Origin: Promethearchaeota archaeon
Lineage (GTDB): Archaea > Asgardarchaeota > Lokiarchaeia > Sigyniarchaeales > SOKP01
Length of the DNA: 15,213 nt
Assembly: GCA_016839745.1 (NCBI GenBank)
Contig: JAEOTS010000104.1
Coordinates: forward strand, 1 to 15,213
Direction: 5' to 3'
Part shown: positions 15,175 through 15,213 of the stretch, piece after piece
Numbering within the stretch: position 1 is the stretch's first letter
Layout of the letters: each line of letters begins with the position of its first letter
The notes under the pieces: model-generated
The model's database searches: none
What the model was told of the DNA's origin: nothing
What the model saw: the letters and a program-made list of their open reading frames with translations, nothing else
Program-made: the position numbers and the translations under genes

Positions 15175-15213
15175 AATGATAGTAAGAAAGCAAATTTCAA
15201 AACAAATAAAATA

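Noticed and set aside
1-15213. CRISPR arrays, tRNA/rRNA genes, IS elements
   Set aside because: No regularly spaced repeats, cloverleaf or GC-rich RNA segments, transposase ORFs or terminal inverted repeats were seen.

Overview
AT-rich archaeal DNA, most likely from an Asgard archaeon (Lokiarchaeia-like). This assignment is inferred from GGTGA/GAGGT Shine-Dalgarno motifs, TATA boxes, a Rab-like small GTPase, and tandem-PH and Zn-ribbon proteins. The left half (1-7400) is a sulfur-trafficking neighbourhood. It has a dsrE-dsrF-dsrH (tusD/C/B-like) operon followed by a GNAT-thioredoxin-like protein, a GC-richer 8-TM membrane gene, and an FTR1 iron permease with a DtxR-type operator. It also has a signal-peptide-less SsuA/NMT1-fold protein, a MoaD/SAMP ubiquitin-like protein ending in GG, TusA translationally coupled to an E1-like MoeB/UbaA enzyme, and a nitroreductase. 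The right half carries a HeH/coiled-coil/winged-helix protein, a cold-shock protein with a 5' hairpin, a PH-PH-helical-Zn-ribbon protein and two tandem MscS paralogues. These are followed by a coiled-coil Zn-ribbon protein, a histidine phosphatase, a non-canonical Rab-like GTPase preceded by an unannotated hydrophobic small ORF, and a ketopantoate-reductase-family gene. No rRNA, tRNA, CRISPR array or mobile element was seen. The most promising candidate for a new system is a hybrid DsrEFH-TusA-E1-Ubl sulfur relay with a cytoplasmic SBP-fold partner. All family calls come from motif recognition by eye; no searches were run.
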